Of a DNA stretch of 64,000 bases, positions 36,533-49,390 are shown piece after piece. The notes under the pieces are model-generated. The model was not told the DNA's origin. It saw only the letters and a program-made list of their open reading frames with translations, and did no database searches. The stretch's first letter is position 1; every line of letters begins with the position of its first letter. The DNA is from Mobula hypostoma. Lineage: Eukaryota. The stretch lies in contig NC_086097.1 in assembly GCF_963921235.1 (NCBI RefSeq), positions 199,208,001 to 199,272,000 on the forward strand. Direction: 5' to 3'. Position numbers and translations under genes: made by a program.

Positions 36533-39315
36533 AAGTATATGTTGATAATGGGTGGTGATTTTAATTGTTGTTTAAATCCTTTGATGGATAGATCTGTATC
36601 TAGTCAGGTTTTACCAAATAAGTCGGCCACTCTTATCAACTCTTTTATGATTGATTCTGGAATTTCAGAAATTTGGAGATTTCTACACCCTAAGGATAAA
36701 GATTTTTCATTCTTTTCACATGTTTATCATTCTTATTCTAGAGTTGACTACTTTTTTATTGACTCTTGTTTAATTTCTTCTGTGATTGACTGTAACTATG
36801 ACTATATTGCCATTTCTGGTCATGCTCCAATGAAACTTTCTATCAACATTTCCTAGTACTAGACAATGGCGGTTTAATTCCAATCTGCTTCAAGACTCGG
36901 ATTTTGTTATGTTTATGGAGGAACAGATTGATTTCTTCTTTTCAACTAATATTATGGAAGAAATTTCCAGAGGGACAATTGGGACACTTTAAAGCGTATA
37001 TCCGTGGACAGATTATTTCCTATTCTGTTGGTTTGAAAAAACGTATTAAGAATGAAGCACTTCTGTTGGTTGATAAGATTAAAGAAATTGAGAAGAAATA
37101 TTCCATTGCTCCTAGTAAGGAGCTTTATAAACAGAGAGGTGAACTTCAAATGGAACATAGCTTATTACTAACATCCTCGATAGAAAATCAACTAATGAAA
37201 ACCAGAAGTGAGTTTTATATACATAGTGATAAATTGGGTAAATTATTAGCTAATCAATTGAAAACTGCTTTGGTTAAATGGCAAATTATCAAGATTCATA
37301 AACATGATGATACCTTGACAGTTGATCAAGACGAGATAAACAAATCTCTTCAAGAATTTTATACCTCTTTATACCACTCTGAATTTCCTCATGATCCCAA
37401 TACCATGCATGACTTTTTAAGGAAATTGAACTTTCCAAAATTATCACTCGAAGAACGTTTAACGTTAGAAGCTCCTATTACAGATGACGAAATAGAAGGT
37501 GTTATTTCCTCAATGAACCCTGGCAAAGCACCTGGTCCAGATGGTTATACAGTAGAATTCTTTAAGTTTTTTCCTTCTATTCTTTTGCCTTGGTTGTGTA
37601 GAGTTTTTAAAGAAGCAATTAGATCAGGTAAATTACCACAATCATTTATGGAGCTTCTATTTCTTTAATTCTAAAAAAAATTAAAGATCCTACTGATTGT
37701 GCATCATATAGACCAATATCCCTGCTGAATGTAGATTCTAAGATTTTTTCTAAAATACTATCAACTAGGTTAGATAGGGTATTACTTCAAATTATCTCTG
37801 TGGACCAAACTGCATTTATTAAAAATCATTATTCATCTTTTAATATTAGGAGATTAATCAATATTGATCATACTCCTTCACTTAGTACTCCAGTATGTGT
37901 TATTTCATTAGATGCTGAGAAAGCCTTTGACAGAGTTGAATGGCCATATTTATTTAGTGTGCGTAAGAAATTTAATTTTAGTCCGATATTTATATCTTGG
38001 ATTAAATTGATATATCATACCCCTGTAGCTTCAGTTTTTACTAATAATCAAAGATTCCCCTTTTTTTGCTTATTTCAGGGTACTAAGCAGGGATGTCCTC
38101 TTATTTCATTACTATTTGATATTGCTCTAGACCCTTTAGCAATTGCTATTTGAGATTAACCTAATATCCTTGGTATTAACCATGGGAATGAGATACGTAA
38201 GTTATCGTTATATGCAGACGATTTGTTATTATATATTTCTAATCCTAAGAAATCCATTCCCGCAGTTTTATCCTTGTTGGCACAGTTTAGTAACTTTTCT
38301 GGTTATAAATTGAACCTTATTAAGAGTGAACTGTTTCCCCTAAATATGCAGGTTCCAATTTATGGATGTTTACCATTTAGACTGGTTACCGACTATTTTA
38401 CTTATTTAGGGGTTAAAATTACAAAAAAAAAGCACAAGTATTTATTTAAGGCTAATTTTTTTTACCTTTAATTGATCAGATTAAACATCTGTTTACTAAA
38501 TGGTCACCAACATCTCTATCATTGATAGATCGGATCAATGCTATCAAGATGATTATTTTACCTAAGTTCTTATATTTATTTCAAGCGGTGCCAATTTTTA
38601 ATCCAAAATCCTTTTTTAATAATGTTGATTCTAAAATTTCTTCATATATATGGCAGAATAAAAATCCTAGGTTAGGTAAAAGATATTTACAGAAGTCTAA
38701 AAAGGAGTGTGGTCTGGCATTGCCATTAGGTTTTACTATTGGGCAATTAATATTCGATATGTAATATTTTGGTCATGGGACTTGGACATAATTTCAAGTC
38801 CATGTTGGGTAAATCTTGAATGTAAATCTGTACAAGGGTTTTTACTGGGTTCTATCTTAGGGACTTCACTTCCCTTTGCTCTTTCTAGATTGCATAAACA
38901 AATGGATAATCCAATAATTAAATATACTTTACGAATATAGTTTCAATTTCAAAAATTTTTTGGGTTGAATCAATTTATTCTAGCAAGTCCTATTATATCT
39001 ATTTTTTCAACCTTCTATTATGGACCAAGCCTATTTGGCTTGGAAAACCAAAGGTATATTATGATTTTGTGATCTATTTTTGGATAACTGTTTCATGTCC
39101 TTTGAAAATTATCTAATAAATATAATTTGCCTACATCCCATTTCTTTAGATATTTACAGGTTAGAAACTTTTTAAGTACTGTTCTTCCTACCTTCCTGAA
39201 TCTATATCCAACGGATATTTTGGAAATAATTTTAGATTTAAATCCTTTTCAGAAAGGTATAATAGCAATTATTTATAATATAATTATGAAAATACATCCA
39301 GACATATCTAATGAC

Positions 39316-39661
39316 ATAGAACATAGAACATAGAATAGTACAGCACAGTACAGGCCCTTCGGCCCACAATGTTGTGCCGATCCTCAAACCCTGCCTCCCA
39401 TATAAGCCCCCACCTTAAATTCCTCCATGTGCCTGTCTAGTAGTCTCTTAAACTTCACTAGTGTATCTGCCTCCACCACTGACTCAGGCAGTGCATTCCA
39501 CGCACCAGCCACTCTCTGAGTAAAAAACCTTCCTCTAATATCCCCCTTGAACTTCCCACCACTTACCTTAAAGCCATGTCCTCCTGTATTGAGCAGTGGT
39601 GCCCTGGGGAAGAGGCGCTGACTATCCACTCTATCTATTCCTCTTAATATCTTGTACACCT
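39316..39661 (-). mobile_element. Short CR1 3' fragment inside L1 ORF2
   Basis: YKILRGIDRVD…RGRFFTQRV…WNALP motif and (CATAGAA)n tail. Confidence 0.9.
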
Positions 39662-40654
39662 GACCTTAACCCTAAGAATGATTGGGAAAGGGAACTTAGG
39701 CTTACTTTACCTATTGAAAAATGGGAAAAAATTCTTCAATTAGTTAACTCATCCTCTATATGTGCTAAACATGTTTTAATACAGTTTAAAGTAGTACATA
39801 GGGCCCATATGTCTCAGGATAAATTAGCTTGTTATTACTCCCATATAAATCCTGTATGTGATAGATGTCACTCTGAGATAGCTCCTTTAACTCGTATATT
39901 TTGGTCATGTCCTTTTTAGAAAAAATACTGGAAAGATATCTTTGTTATTATTTCATCTGTTCTGAGTATTGATTTACAACCTCACCCTATTACTGCAATT
40001 TTTGGGGTACCAGTGATAGAACCAAATCATTTAACCTCTTCAGCCTGTCGGATGAATGCATTTCTTACATTAATGGCTAGAAGATCCATTTTGCTGAATT
40101 GGAAAGAGATCAATCCCCCCACCACATTTCATTGGTTCTCTCAAACTATGTTGTGTTTAAATTTAGAAAAAATTAGAAGCGTCATTTATGATCCTTTTAT
40201 TAAATTCGAAAAGACTTGGTGGCCATTTATTCAACACTTCCATATGATGTAATTTGACCTTTTCCAAACCTATTCTATTTCTTTTAAATGTATGCAGAGA
40301 GGAACGGAGTCAATGACACTAATGGTTCTTTTTGACTTTACAGAACAGCCCATGTCCTTTTCTTTTCCTTGTTTAGTTGGTTAGCATTTTTTAGATTAGT
40401 TTTTTTTGTTTTGTTTTCCTTTTTCATGCTATTTCTGTTTTTTTTTGTATATTATATTTGTACTTTGTACGATTTTGGGAGGTTTAATACCTGTATACCA
40501 ACTGAGTTTATATTTATATATGTTAATTATTAACAATGTAATCCCAATAGCTTTGTATTAATACTATGTTATGTTTAACATTTTGATATTAATAAAAAGA
40601 TTGAAAAAGAAAGGAATTTCAACCAAAAAAAACACATCATCTGTGGAGGCCAAG

Positions 40655-42330
40655 GGGTAAATTACTTTATTATTGCCACATGCATCAAGGTACAGTGGAA
40701 CTACTTTATTTTGCATGATATCCAGACAAGTTATTTTATCACTCCAGTGCATTGAGGTAATTCAAGAAAAAACAATAAGAAGACTGAAGTACTGCAATTA
40801 CAGAGAAAGTGCAGTACAAGCAGACAATAAGGTACAAGGCCATAGCCAGGTAGACTGTGAGGTCAAGAGACCATCTTATTGTCCTAGGAGACTGTTCAAT
40901 AGACTCTGAGGCATTAGAGCAGATTCTAGCCATGCATACAGAGAGTAAAGTAGTGGGTTGAGGGTACAAACTAGTAGGGTACTAGTGTTAAGGATAATCA
41001 TTGCTGCCTATCCTTACTGATTGAGGTCTGTTGGTCAGGAAGTCAAGAAATCAATTGCAGAAGAAGGGGATGAGACTCCAGGAGTTTGAAGATGAGTTTC
41101 CCTTCATACAGAGAGTACAGATGGTGACAGTGGAGGAGATGTTGTTGCCAATCAGTTGCCTGGGGTCTGCCAGTGAAGGTAGCGAGGCTCCAGTTGCACA
41201 ATGAAGTAGAGACGCTCAGGTCTTGGAGCATAGTGATGAGTTTTGAGGGGATGATGGTGTTGACTGCTCAGTTGTAATCAATGCAGAACATTCTGTCCTA
41301 TACATCTTCAGTGTTCAGCTGTCTCATGAGCTGAGTGAAGAGCCAATGAAGTGGCATCTGCTGTTGATCCGTTGTGACAGTAGGCAAATTGGAGTGCTTC
41401 CAGGTTGCTCTTCAGGCAGTAGTTGATATGCTTCATGTCCAACCTCTGGAATCAGTCCACCACAGTGGATGGAGGTGCTACTGGCTGATAGTCATTGAAG
41501 CAGGTTACCATCTTCTTTTTTGGGCGTAGGTATAGTTGATGCAAGATTGAAGCAGGTGAGTACCTCAGACTGTTGAAGCAGGTGGTTGAGGATGTCTGTA
41601 AACACTGCAGCTAATTGTTTAGCTTATGTCTTCAGTTCTTGGCCAGGTATGCCGTCTGAGCCTGATGCTTTCTGTGGCCGCGCTCATGTTGGCCTTGGAG
41701 ACTGAGGTCACAGGGTCGCGGGGGGCTGTGATTATTCATGAAGGTGCCCCTATGTTAGAAAACCTGCAGCACCATTCAGGCCCTTCGGCCCACAAAGTTC
41801 TGTTGGTCAAAGCAAGCATGAAAGGCATTGAGCTCATCTGACAGTGAAACATTGTTGTCATTTATGTTGCTTAGTTTTGTTTTGTAAGAGGTGATGGCAT
41901 TCAAGCCCTGCCACAGTTCTCAAACATCCCCCTAGGATTCAAGTTTAGTCCGGAATTGCCACTTTGAATGAGAGATAGCTTTCTAAAGGTCCTAAATTTC
42001 CCTGATCCCCAATCCAAAAAACCTAGCTCTCAGCAGATTGCAAAGCTGTTGGGGAAGACTGTGAATAGTTTTGTGGAGATGCACTCAGTCACATGAGTGT
42101 CCAAAAGTTCGCAATAACTGTGGCATATTCATTCATTCCCCTGTTAAGTCCATGAGCATGGCTTAGTCCACCAACTTAAGCCGTTCCATAGTCACTCGTC
42201 TGCCTCCCATGACTACCTCTTTGCTGTTACCTTTGGCTACTTGCTGTTTAGTCTCAATCTATATGCAGATAGGAGGAGGACAGCCAGATGATCAGATTTG
42301 TCAGAACGTGTTCAAGCAATGGAATGCTAG
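40655..42330 (-). mobile_element. Decayed Rex1/Babar-like LINE
   Basis: Homology by eye to the 13442-18480 and 53183-55400 elements (gagggatgatggtgttg, gcaggttacc, tggcatctgctg). Confidence 0.65.
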
Positions 42331-42892
42331 GCATTCTTGATGGGTCGTATCGCAGTGGCCGAGTGTTTCAGGTCCCCTGGTGCTGAGGGTGATATGCTGG
42401 TGGTAGCTGGGTAGAGATTTCTTTGCGATAGCCTGAATGAAGTTCGTGGCAAGCCGTTTCTTGTTTGTTGGCAGCGGCAAAGGAAGCGTAAGGAATATGG
42501 GATGGTTGGCAAAGGGAGTGGATACTCTGGATACTGGTATAGCTCACTGATCACCCCCACTTTGTGCCTGGGCAGGAAAAAAGACCACTCCTTTCATCCT
42601 CCTTCCCCTTCTCCTCGTGTCCCTGTCCTCTGCTCTCACTTGTCAGGTGGTGTTAAAGTCCATTCCTTTATAACGACCAGATTTTTTCACATGTAACTTG
42701 TTGCCAGAAACACTGATATCCCCATTGCTGAACATCCCAAAACAGTTCATACAGCAAAGGAATACATAGAGGACATTAGTGGAGTGATCAGTGATACTCC
42801 CTACGGCAGCATCGGTCTATTTGAGTGTGGTTTGTTGACTAGACTCAAGAGCCACAAGGGCGTAATCATTGTCAGCTAGTAACAGGCCTCAC

Positions 42893-42949
42893 GTCCTCTT
42901 CTGGTTCAGGTACAGGAGGAAAAGAAGTCCACACAGCATCCCATAATTG
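42893..42949 (-). CDS. Weak candidate host exon (QLWDAVWTSFPPVPEPEED)
   Basis: 57 nt, phase 0-0, acceptor ttccctttatcctaacAG, donor GTGAGG. Confidence 0.35.
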
Positions 42950-43760
42950 CTGTTAGGATAAAGGGAATTCAGCTGATGGTATGTTGTCTGTAATCAGACA
43001 GCAGCTACATCCAGTAGGAGTGAAAGCAATTTGTTTCTGAAGATGGACAAGATCGTAGGGAGTGTGTGTGCATTCAGTGGTGTGCGACACAGCGGGGGAA
43101 TGCTGTATTCCATTTAACCTCTCATGCTTGAACTGCCTCCTTGTTTCTGGCAAGAGGCAATGAAGTGGAAATATTTCATTATCTTCAGAATTTTGGCAAG
43201 ATTCAAAGAGCTGTTTTACATAGAGGTACACTGTAAACCATGCAACGTTGTTTATTTCTCCAGCAGAGAATTCAAAGCAAACCGATGCATAAAATCTGAG
43301 AGTTATGATCACCTTGACATTAATAAGCTGTGTTGTTCTGAACTAGCTTGTTTTCACTCTTTTCCAGTTCGAATGAAGAAACCTGGAACATTAAATCTGT
43401 TTTTCTGAGCTGCAGAAATTTTCCAGCATTTTTTTGAAAAAAAAGCCTCTTGATTGAATTTGAGGTATAATAATTTCTTTCCAACGGAGTTATTATATTC
43501 TGCTTCGGACATCCATCATTGCCGTTGTCTCATATCTCCCCCTTCCTATTCTGGCAGCTCATCCTGCTCTGTGTGATTTCTCCTTGCTCTCCTATTCAGA
43601 TGTCAACCCTGCTGGTAATCCCAGAAGGCCACTCCAAGGAAGGAATCTTTGTAACACAATATTTGAAATGACAAAAGCAAAAAAAAAACCCATATTCAAA
43701 TTTGTTAAAACTTCTGATGTATGCACAATTTTATTAGCAGCCAGAGAAATCACCACTAAT

Positions 43761-43831
43761 TAATAATAAACCGAAGTTCTGTAGATGCTGCCCGACCTGC
43801 TGAGTTCCTCCAACACTTTGTGTGGGTTACC
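43761..43831. mobile_element. Minimal Penelope terminal insertion (~70 bp)
   Basis: Inverted tail fused to the pLTR end at AGATGCTG. Flanks CACCACTAAT/CACAACTAAT. Confidence 0.65.
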
Positions 43832-43887
43832 CACAACTAATCATTGTTTATTCCTTGATACTTTAAAAAAAAATGAGTTTGTTTCAC

Positions 43888-43972
43888 CTCTTGTAACTTC
43901 ATGTTAAGCCGTGCAAGGTTATGCCAAGGAACTGACTGAAGCTCGAAACACACATTTTGACAATACCAGTGG
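43888..43972 (-). CDS. Weak candidate host exon (HWYCQNVCFELQSVPWHNLARLNMKLQE; alternative acceptor at 43935)
   Basis: Open frame ending in phase 0 at donor GAG|GTGAAA, compatible with the exon at 42893-42949. Confidence 0.3.
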
Positions 43973-44184
43973 CTTTAAGTTTATTAATGGTCACAACTTC
44001 TGCTCCCTTCTCTGTATATGACTGAATGTCAATAGGTGTATGTGCACATATCCTTAGCCAAGATGCTATGTTTCTGTTGCTGCACAGTACAGGCATTTCC
44101 TTAAACTGAAACAAGAGGATCTCTAAATGCAAGGTAGGAATGGTAATGCTATTAGCATTGTGAAATAGTGAGCAATTAAGCAGA

Positions 44185-44705
44185 CATAAAAGTTGCTGGT
44201 GAACACAGCAGGCCAGGCAGCATCTCTAGGAAGAGGTATAGTCGACGTTTCGGGCCGAGACCCTTCATCAGGACTAACTGAAAGAAGAGCTAGTAAGAGA
44301 TTTGAATGTGGGAGGGAGAGAGGGAGATCCGAAATGATAAGAGAAAACAGGAGGGGAAGGGATGGAGCCAAGAGCTGGACAGAATAATACATTATTTTAA
44401 AAAAATTCAGCACAGATGAAATACTGACATGAGAAGCTTAGCATGTTTGACTTTTATTTGATTCAACTGTCCAGCTCTTGGCTCCATCCCTCCCCTTCCT
44501 GTCTTCTTCTATCATTTCAGATCTCCCCCTCCCCTCCCACTTTTAAATATCTTACTAGCTTTTCTTTCAGTTAGTCCTGACGAAGGGTCTCGGCCCGAAA
44601 CATCAATTGTACCTCTTCCTAGAAACGCTGCCCGACCTGCAACGTTCACCAGCAACTTTTATGTGTGTTGCTTGAAATTCCAGCATCTGCAGATTTCCTC
44701 GTGTT
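44185..44705. mobile_element. Penelope inverted-pLTR element with captured host DNA in the loop
   Basis: Arms about 44185-44382 and 44467-44663 plus a tail. 14-bp TSD AGCAATT(A/T)AGCAGA (44171-44184, 44706-44719). Confidence 0.9.
44239..44276 (-). ncRNA. Minimal type I hammerhead ribozyme (intact)
   Basis: Minus strand reads TAGTC-CTGATGA-AGGGTCTCGGCCC-GAAAC-GTC^GACTA. Confidence 0.85.
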
Positions 44706-45529
44706 AGCAATTTAGCAGAATGCCTTTAATGTCATAAAAACACTTCACTGCAATTTGTTGTACTATCTTTGGTCCTCTTCTAGGGGAGAGCAGCAAGAGA
44801 TAAATTACTAAAATGAGACATTTTGAAATAGAGTATTTTAAAGAAATCAGGCAGCAAAAGCTATGAGAAGATTAAAGTTCAGGATAGAATAATACATTAT
44901 TTTTTAAAAATTCAGCACAGTTGAAATACTGACATGAGAAGCTTAGCAGGTTTGACTTTTATCTGATTTAATATGTGTAGTTAATTTGTACTGAATGAAT
45001 TAATAATTCAGCCTTCACCAGTGTTCAGTAACGTCACCTAATTGCACAATCAGCTTGTTCATTTCAGGTTCACCTCAATACAGTATATGTTTACTTAGTT
45101 TGCCCTTGACGAGATTGAAGAAGTGCCGAAATAGGGGAGTGAGCTCTCAAGGGTCTCTTATCGTTTCAGCCCCAAACTGCTCTGTTACTCAAGTAGAAAT
45201 AGGGCAGGATGAGTCAGCTTTCAATAAAGTAAGATGATCAGACTGCTAATGAGACTCAGTGGCTCCAATAATCCCAAGAAAGCTATCTATAGGAGACCAG
45301 ATTGGAAATGACTGAGGGCAGCTATCTGAACAGAAACATAATGGGGATGCATAGTACTTCAGTACCGACAGAAAGGTAACACATTAAAATAATCTATACA
45401 GTACTTAGTAAGAGATGTCTATGAATATTGGAGACAAAATACTTCTCTAAATAGAAAGTGAAGGTGAAGCCAATATAAATCTTGTTTAATACACAAGGTA
45501 AAATCTCTAGAATAGTTTCAGATAATTTG

Positions 45530-46405
45530 AGAGACTATTATTAACTGTAGCTCTGTCTTCAATACTGTAAAACCTGACTCCAAACTTCTAATCAACACAC
45601 TCAAAATGCTGCAGGAACCCAGCAGGCCAGGCAGCATCTATGGAACAGAGTAAACAGTTGATGTTTTGGGCCTTCATCAGGACTTCCAAACTTCTAATCC
45701 AGGCTCTCAACACTTCCCCTTGCAACTGGATCATTGATGCCCTGACCAGCAGATCGTAATCAGTAAGGATAGGATGCAACATCTCTGCCACAATTATTTC
45801 TCACATTGGTGCTCCACAAGATTGCATCCGCACCCCACCCCGCCCCTCCCCAATTCTGCCTTCATCTATAACTTTGCAGATGATACCACTACTTTGAGCT
45901 GTATCTCATATAGTGATGAGCTGAATACAGGAATAAGATAGAGTGTTTAGTGACATGGTGTCATGACAACAACCTCTATATCAGCAAAACAAGAGAGCTG
46001 ATCATTACCTTCAAGACTAATACAGTACAAGATTATTCTATCTGGATACATCACAGCTTGGTATGACAACTGCTCTGCTATTGACTGCAAGAAACTGCAG
46101 GGAGCTGTGGACACAGCTCAGAACATCACAGAAACCACCCTCCCCTCCATGGATTCTGTCTACACTTCTTGCTACCTCAGTGAAGCAGCCAACATAATCA
46201 AAGAATCTACCCACCTGGACATTTTCTCTTATTCCTCTTCTCATAAGGCAGAAGATACAAAAGCCTGAAAACATGACCTGCCAGGCTCAAGGACATCTGC
46301 TACCGCACTGCTGTAAGACTACTGAATGTTCTCCTAGTATGATAAGATGGACACTTGACATCATGATCAACTGTACCTTGTTGTGACCGTGCACCTTAAT
46401 GTTAC
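45530..46405 (+). mobile_element. Decayed Rex1/Babar-like LINE fragment
   Basis: GAPQ-like and FADDTT (tttgcagatgataccact) remnants, and an ITAWY-like region near 46050. Confidence 0.7.
45594..45684 (-). mobile_element. Short Penelope pLTR insertion
   Basis: 15-bp TSD TCCAAACTTCTAATC (45579-45593, 45685-45699). Ends at the hammerhead stem I sequence. Confidence 0.8.
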
Positions 46406-48810
46406 CGTCACCATCCCTGTACCCGTTATCACCCGTCCCCACCATCTACCCTGTCCCCATAATCACCCCTGTCCCCACCATCACTCCTGTCCCCATTCTC
46501 ACCCCTGTACCCACCATCTACCCTGTCCCCATAATCACCCCCGTCCTCACTATCACCCCTGTCCCCACCATCACCCCCGTCCTCACCATCATCCCGTCCC
46601 CATTATCACCCCCCTCCCCACCATCACTCTTGTCCTCATTCTCACCCCTGTCCCCATCACCACCCCTGTCCACATCACCACCTCCCCCACCATCACCCCT
46701 GTCCCCATCACCATCCCTGTCTCCACCATCACCCCCATCCCCACCATCACCCCTGTCCCCATCATCATTCTTGTCCCCATCATCACCCCCATCCCCACCA
46801 TCACCCCCGTCCCCACCATCACCCCCATCCCCACCATCACCCCTGCCCCCATCATCCCTGTCCCCATCACTACCCCTGTCCCCACCATCACCCCCATCCC
46901 CACCATCACCCCCGTCCCCATCATCATTCCTGTCCCCATCATCACCCCCGTCCCCACCATCACCCCCATCCCCATCATCACCCCTGTCCCCATTATCACC
47001 CCTGTCGCCATCACTACCCCGTCCCCACCATCACCCCCATCCCCAGCATCACCCCCATCCCCACCATCACCCCTGCCCCCATCATCCCTGTCCCCATCAC
47101 TACCCCTGTCCCCACCATCACCCCCATCCCCACCATAACTACCCCGTCCCCACCATCATCCCTGTCCCCACCATCACCCCTATACCCACCATCACCCCTC
47201 TCCCCATCACCACCCCTGTCCCCACCATCACCCCCATCCCCATCACCCCTGTCTCCATCACTACCCCTGCGTCCATCACTACCCCTGTCCCCATCACTAC
47301 CCCTGTTCCCACCATCACCCCTGTCTCCATCACTACCCCTGTCCCCACCATCACCCCTGTCCCCATCACCACCCCTGTCTCCATCACTACCCCTGTCCCC
47401 ATCATCACCCCTGTCTCCATCACTACCCCATCCTCACCATCACTACCCCATCTCCACCATCACCCCTGTCCCCACCATCACCCCTGTCTCCATCACTACC
47501 CCATCCTCACCATCACTACCCCATCTCCACCATCACCTCCGTCCCCACCATCACCCCGTCCCCATTATCACCCTTGTCCCCATCACCACCCCTGTCCCCA
47601 TCACCACCCATCCCCATCACTACCCCTGTCCCCACATCACCCCTGTCCCCATCACCACCCCTGTCTCCATTATCACCACTGTCCCCACCATTACCCCTGT
47701 CCCCACCATTACCCCCGTCCCTACCATCACCCCTGTCCCCACCATCCCCCCTGTCCCCATCACTACCCCTGTCCCCACCATCACCCCTGTCTCCATCACT
47801 ACCCCTGTCCCCACCATCACCCCTGTCCCCATCACCACCCCTGTCTCCATCACCCCTGTCTCCATCACTACCCCTGTCCCCACCATCATCCCTGTCTCCA
47901 TCACCCCTGTCCCCATCACTACCCCTGTCCCCACCATCACCGCTGTCCCCATCACTACCCCTGTCCCCACCATCACCCCTGTCCCCATTATCACCCCCGT
48001 CCCCACCATCAACCCTGTCCCCATTATCACCCCCGTCCCCACCATCACCCCCATCCCCACCATCATTCCTGTCCCTATTCTCACCCATCTCCATCACTAC
48101 CCCATCCCCATCACCCCTGTCCCCATCATCACCCCTGTCCCCATCATCACCCCTGTCCCCATTCTCACCCCTGTCCCCACCATCACCCCTGTCTCCATCA
48201 CCACCCCGTCCCCATCACCACCCCTGTCCCCACCATCACCCCTGTCTCCATCACCACCCCTGTCCCCACCATCACCCCTGTCCCCATCACCACCCCTGTC
48301 CCCACCATCACCCCCGTCCCCACCATCATCCCTGTCCCCATCATCACCCCTGTCCCCATCATCACCCCCATCCCCACCATCACCCCTGTCCCCATCACCA
48401 GCCCCATCCCCATCATCACCCCCGTCCCCACTATCACCCCTGTCCCCATCACCATCCCTGTCCCCATTATCACCCCGACCCACCATCACCCCCGTCCCCA
48501 CCATCACCCCTGTCCTCACCATCACCCCCGTACCCACCATCACCCCTCTCCCCATCACCACCCCTGTCCCCACCATCACCCCCGTCCCCATCACCCCTGT
48601 CTCCATCACTACCCCTGTCTCCATCACTACCCCTGTCCCCACCACTACCCCTGTCCCCACCATCACCCGTCTCCATCACTACCCCTGTCCCCACCATCAC
48701 CCCGTCCCCATCACCACCCCTGTCTCCATCACCCCTGTCTCCATCACTACCCCTGTCTCCATTACTACCCCTGTCCCCATCGTCACCCCTGTCCGCATCA
48801 CTACCCCTTT
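46406..48810. repeat. 2.4-kb C-rich satellite, degenerate unit about CCCCACCATCACCCCTGT (15-18 bp)
   Basis: Visible tandem structure and extreme C/G strand skew. It generates the P/H/T/S-rich ORFs in the track. Confidence 0.95.
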
Positions 48811-49390
48811 CCAGCAGCACTACAATGCAATACATGATAATATTAAAAAAAAGTAATTTAATAGTTAAATTAAAAATAGTGCAAGAACAGAAATAATAAA
48901 AGTTAGTTGGCGTTCATTGGTTTGATGTCCATTTAGGAATCAGATGGCAGAGGGGAAGATTCTGTTTCTGAATTGCTGAGTGTGTGCCTTCAGGCTTCTG
49001 TACCTCCTTCCTGATGGTAACAATGAGAAGAGACCATGTTCTGGGTGATGGGGTTCCTTAATAATGGACATGCCTTTCTAAGGCACTGCTCCTTGACGAT
49101 ATCTTGTATACTACAGAAGCTGGTACCCAAGACGAAGCTGACTAATTTTACAACTTTCTGTAGCTTCTTTTGATCCTGTCCTGTAGCCCCTCCCCACTCA
49201 CCACACCAGATAGTGATGTAGCATGTCAGAATGTGTAGAAGTTTTCGAGTGTCTTAGGTGAGAAACTAAATCTTCTCACACTCCTAATAAAATATAGCTG
49301 CTGACTTGCCTTCTTTATAGCTGCATCGATATGTTGGGACCAGATTAGGTCCTCACAGATCCTGACACCCAGGAACTTGAAACTGCTCCT
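48811..49390 (-). mobile_element. Rex1/Babar-like 3' fragment
   Basis: SFKFLGVRICEDLIWSQHIDAAIKKA motif. Confidence 0.75.

Larger units (their letters stand above)
32620..40612 (+). mobile_element. Full-length decayed L1-clade LINE (ORF1 about 32826-33688; ORF2 34504-40252)
   Basis: ORF1 has a coiled coil and DLENRSRRQNLRIIGLP. ORF2 has APE (SWNT, QET, GGDFN, SRVDYF), RT (KAPGPDG, YRPISLLN, DAEKAFDRV, YADD near 38210) and a C-terminal CDRC…FWSC knuckle. AATAAA at 40591 with an A-rich tail. Many stops and frameshifts. Confidence 0.9.

Noticed and set aside
42953..43408. ORFs of 94-119 aa in unique sequence
   Set aside because: No recognisable domain and no convincing splice borders.
46383..48896. 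Long Pro/His/Thr-rich ORFs (up to 812 aa) as an extensin/mucin gene
   Set aside because: The ORFs are open in several frames on both strands because of repeat composition. There are no splice or start signals and the region is flanked by LINE tails.
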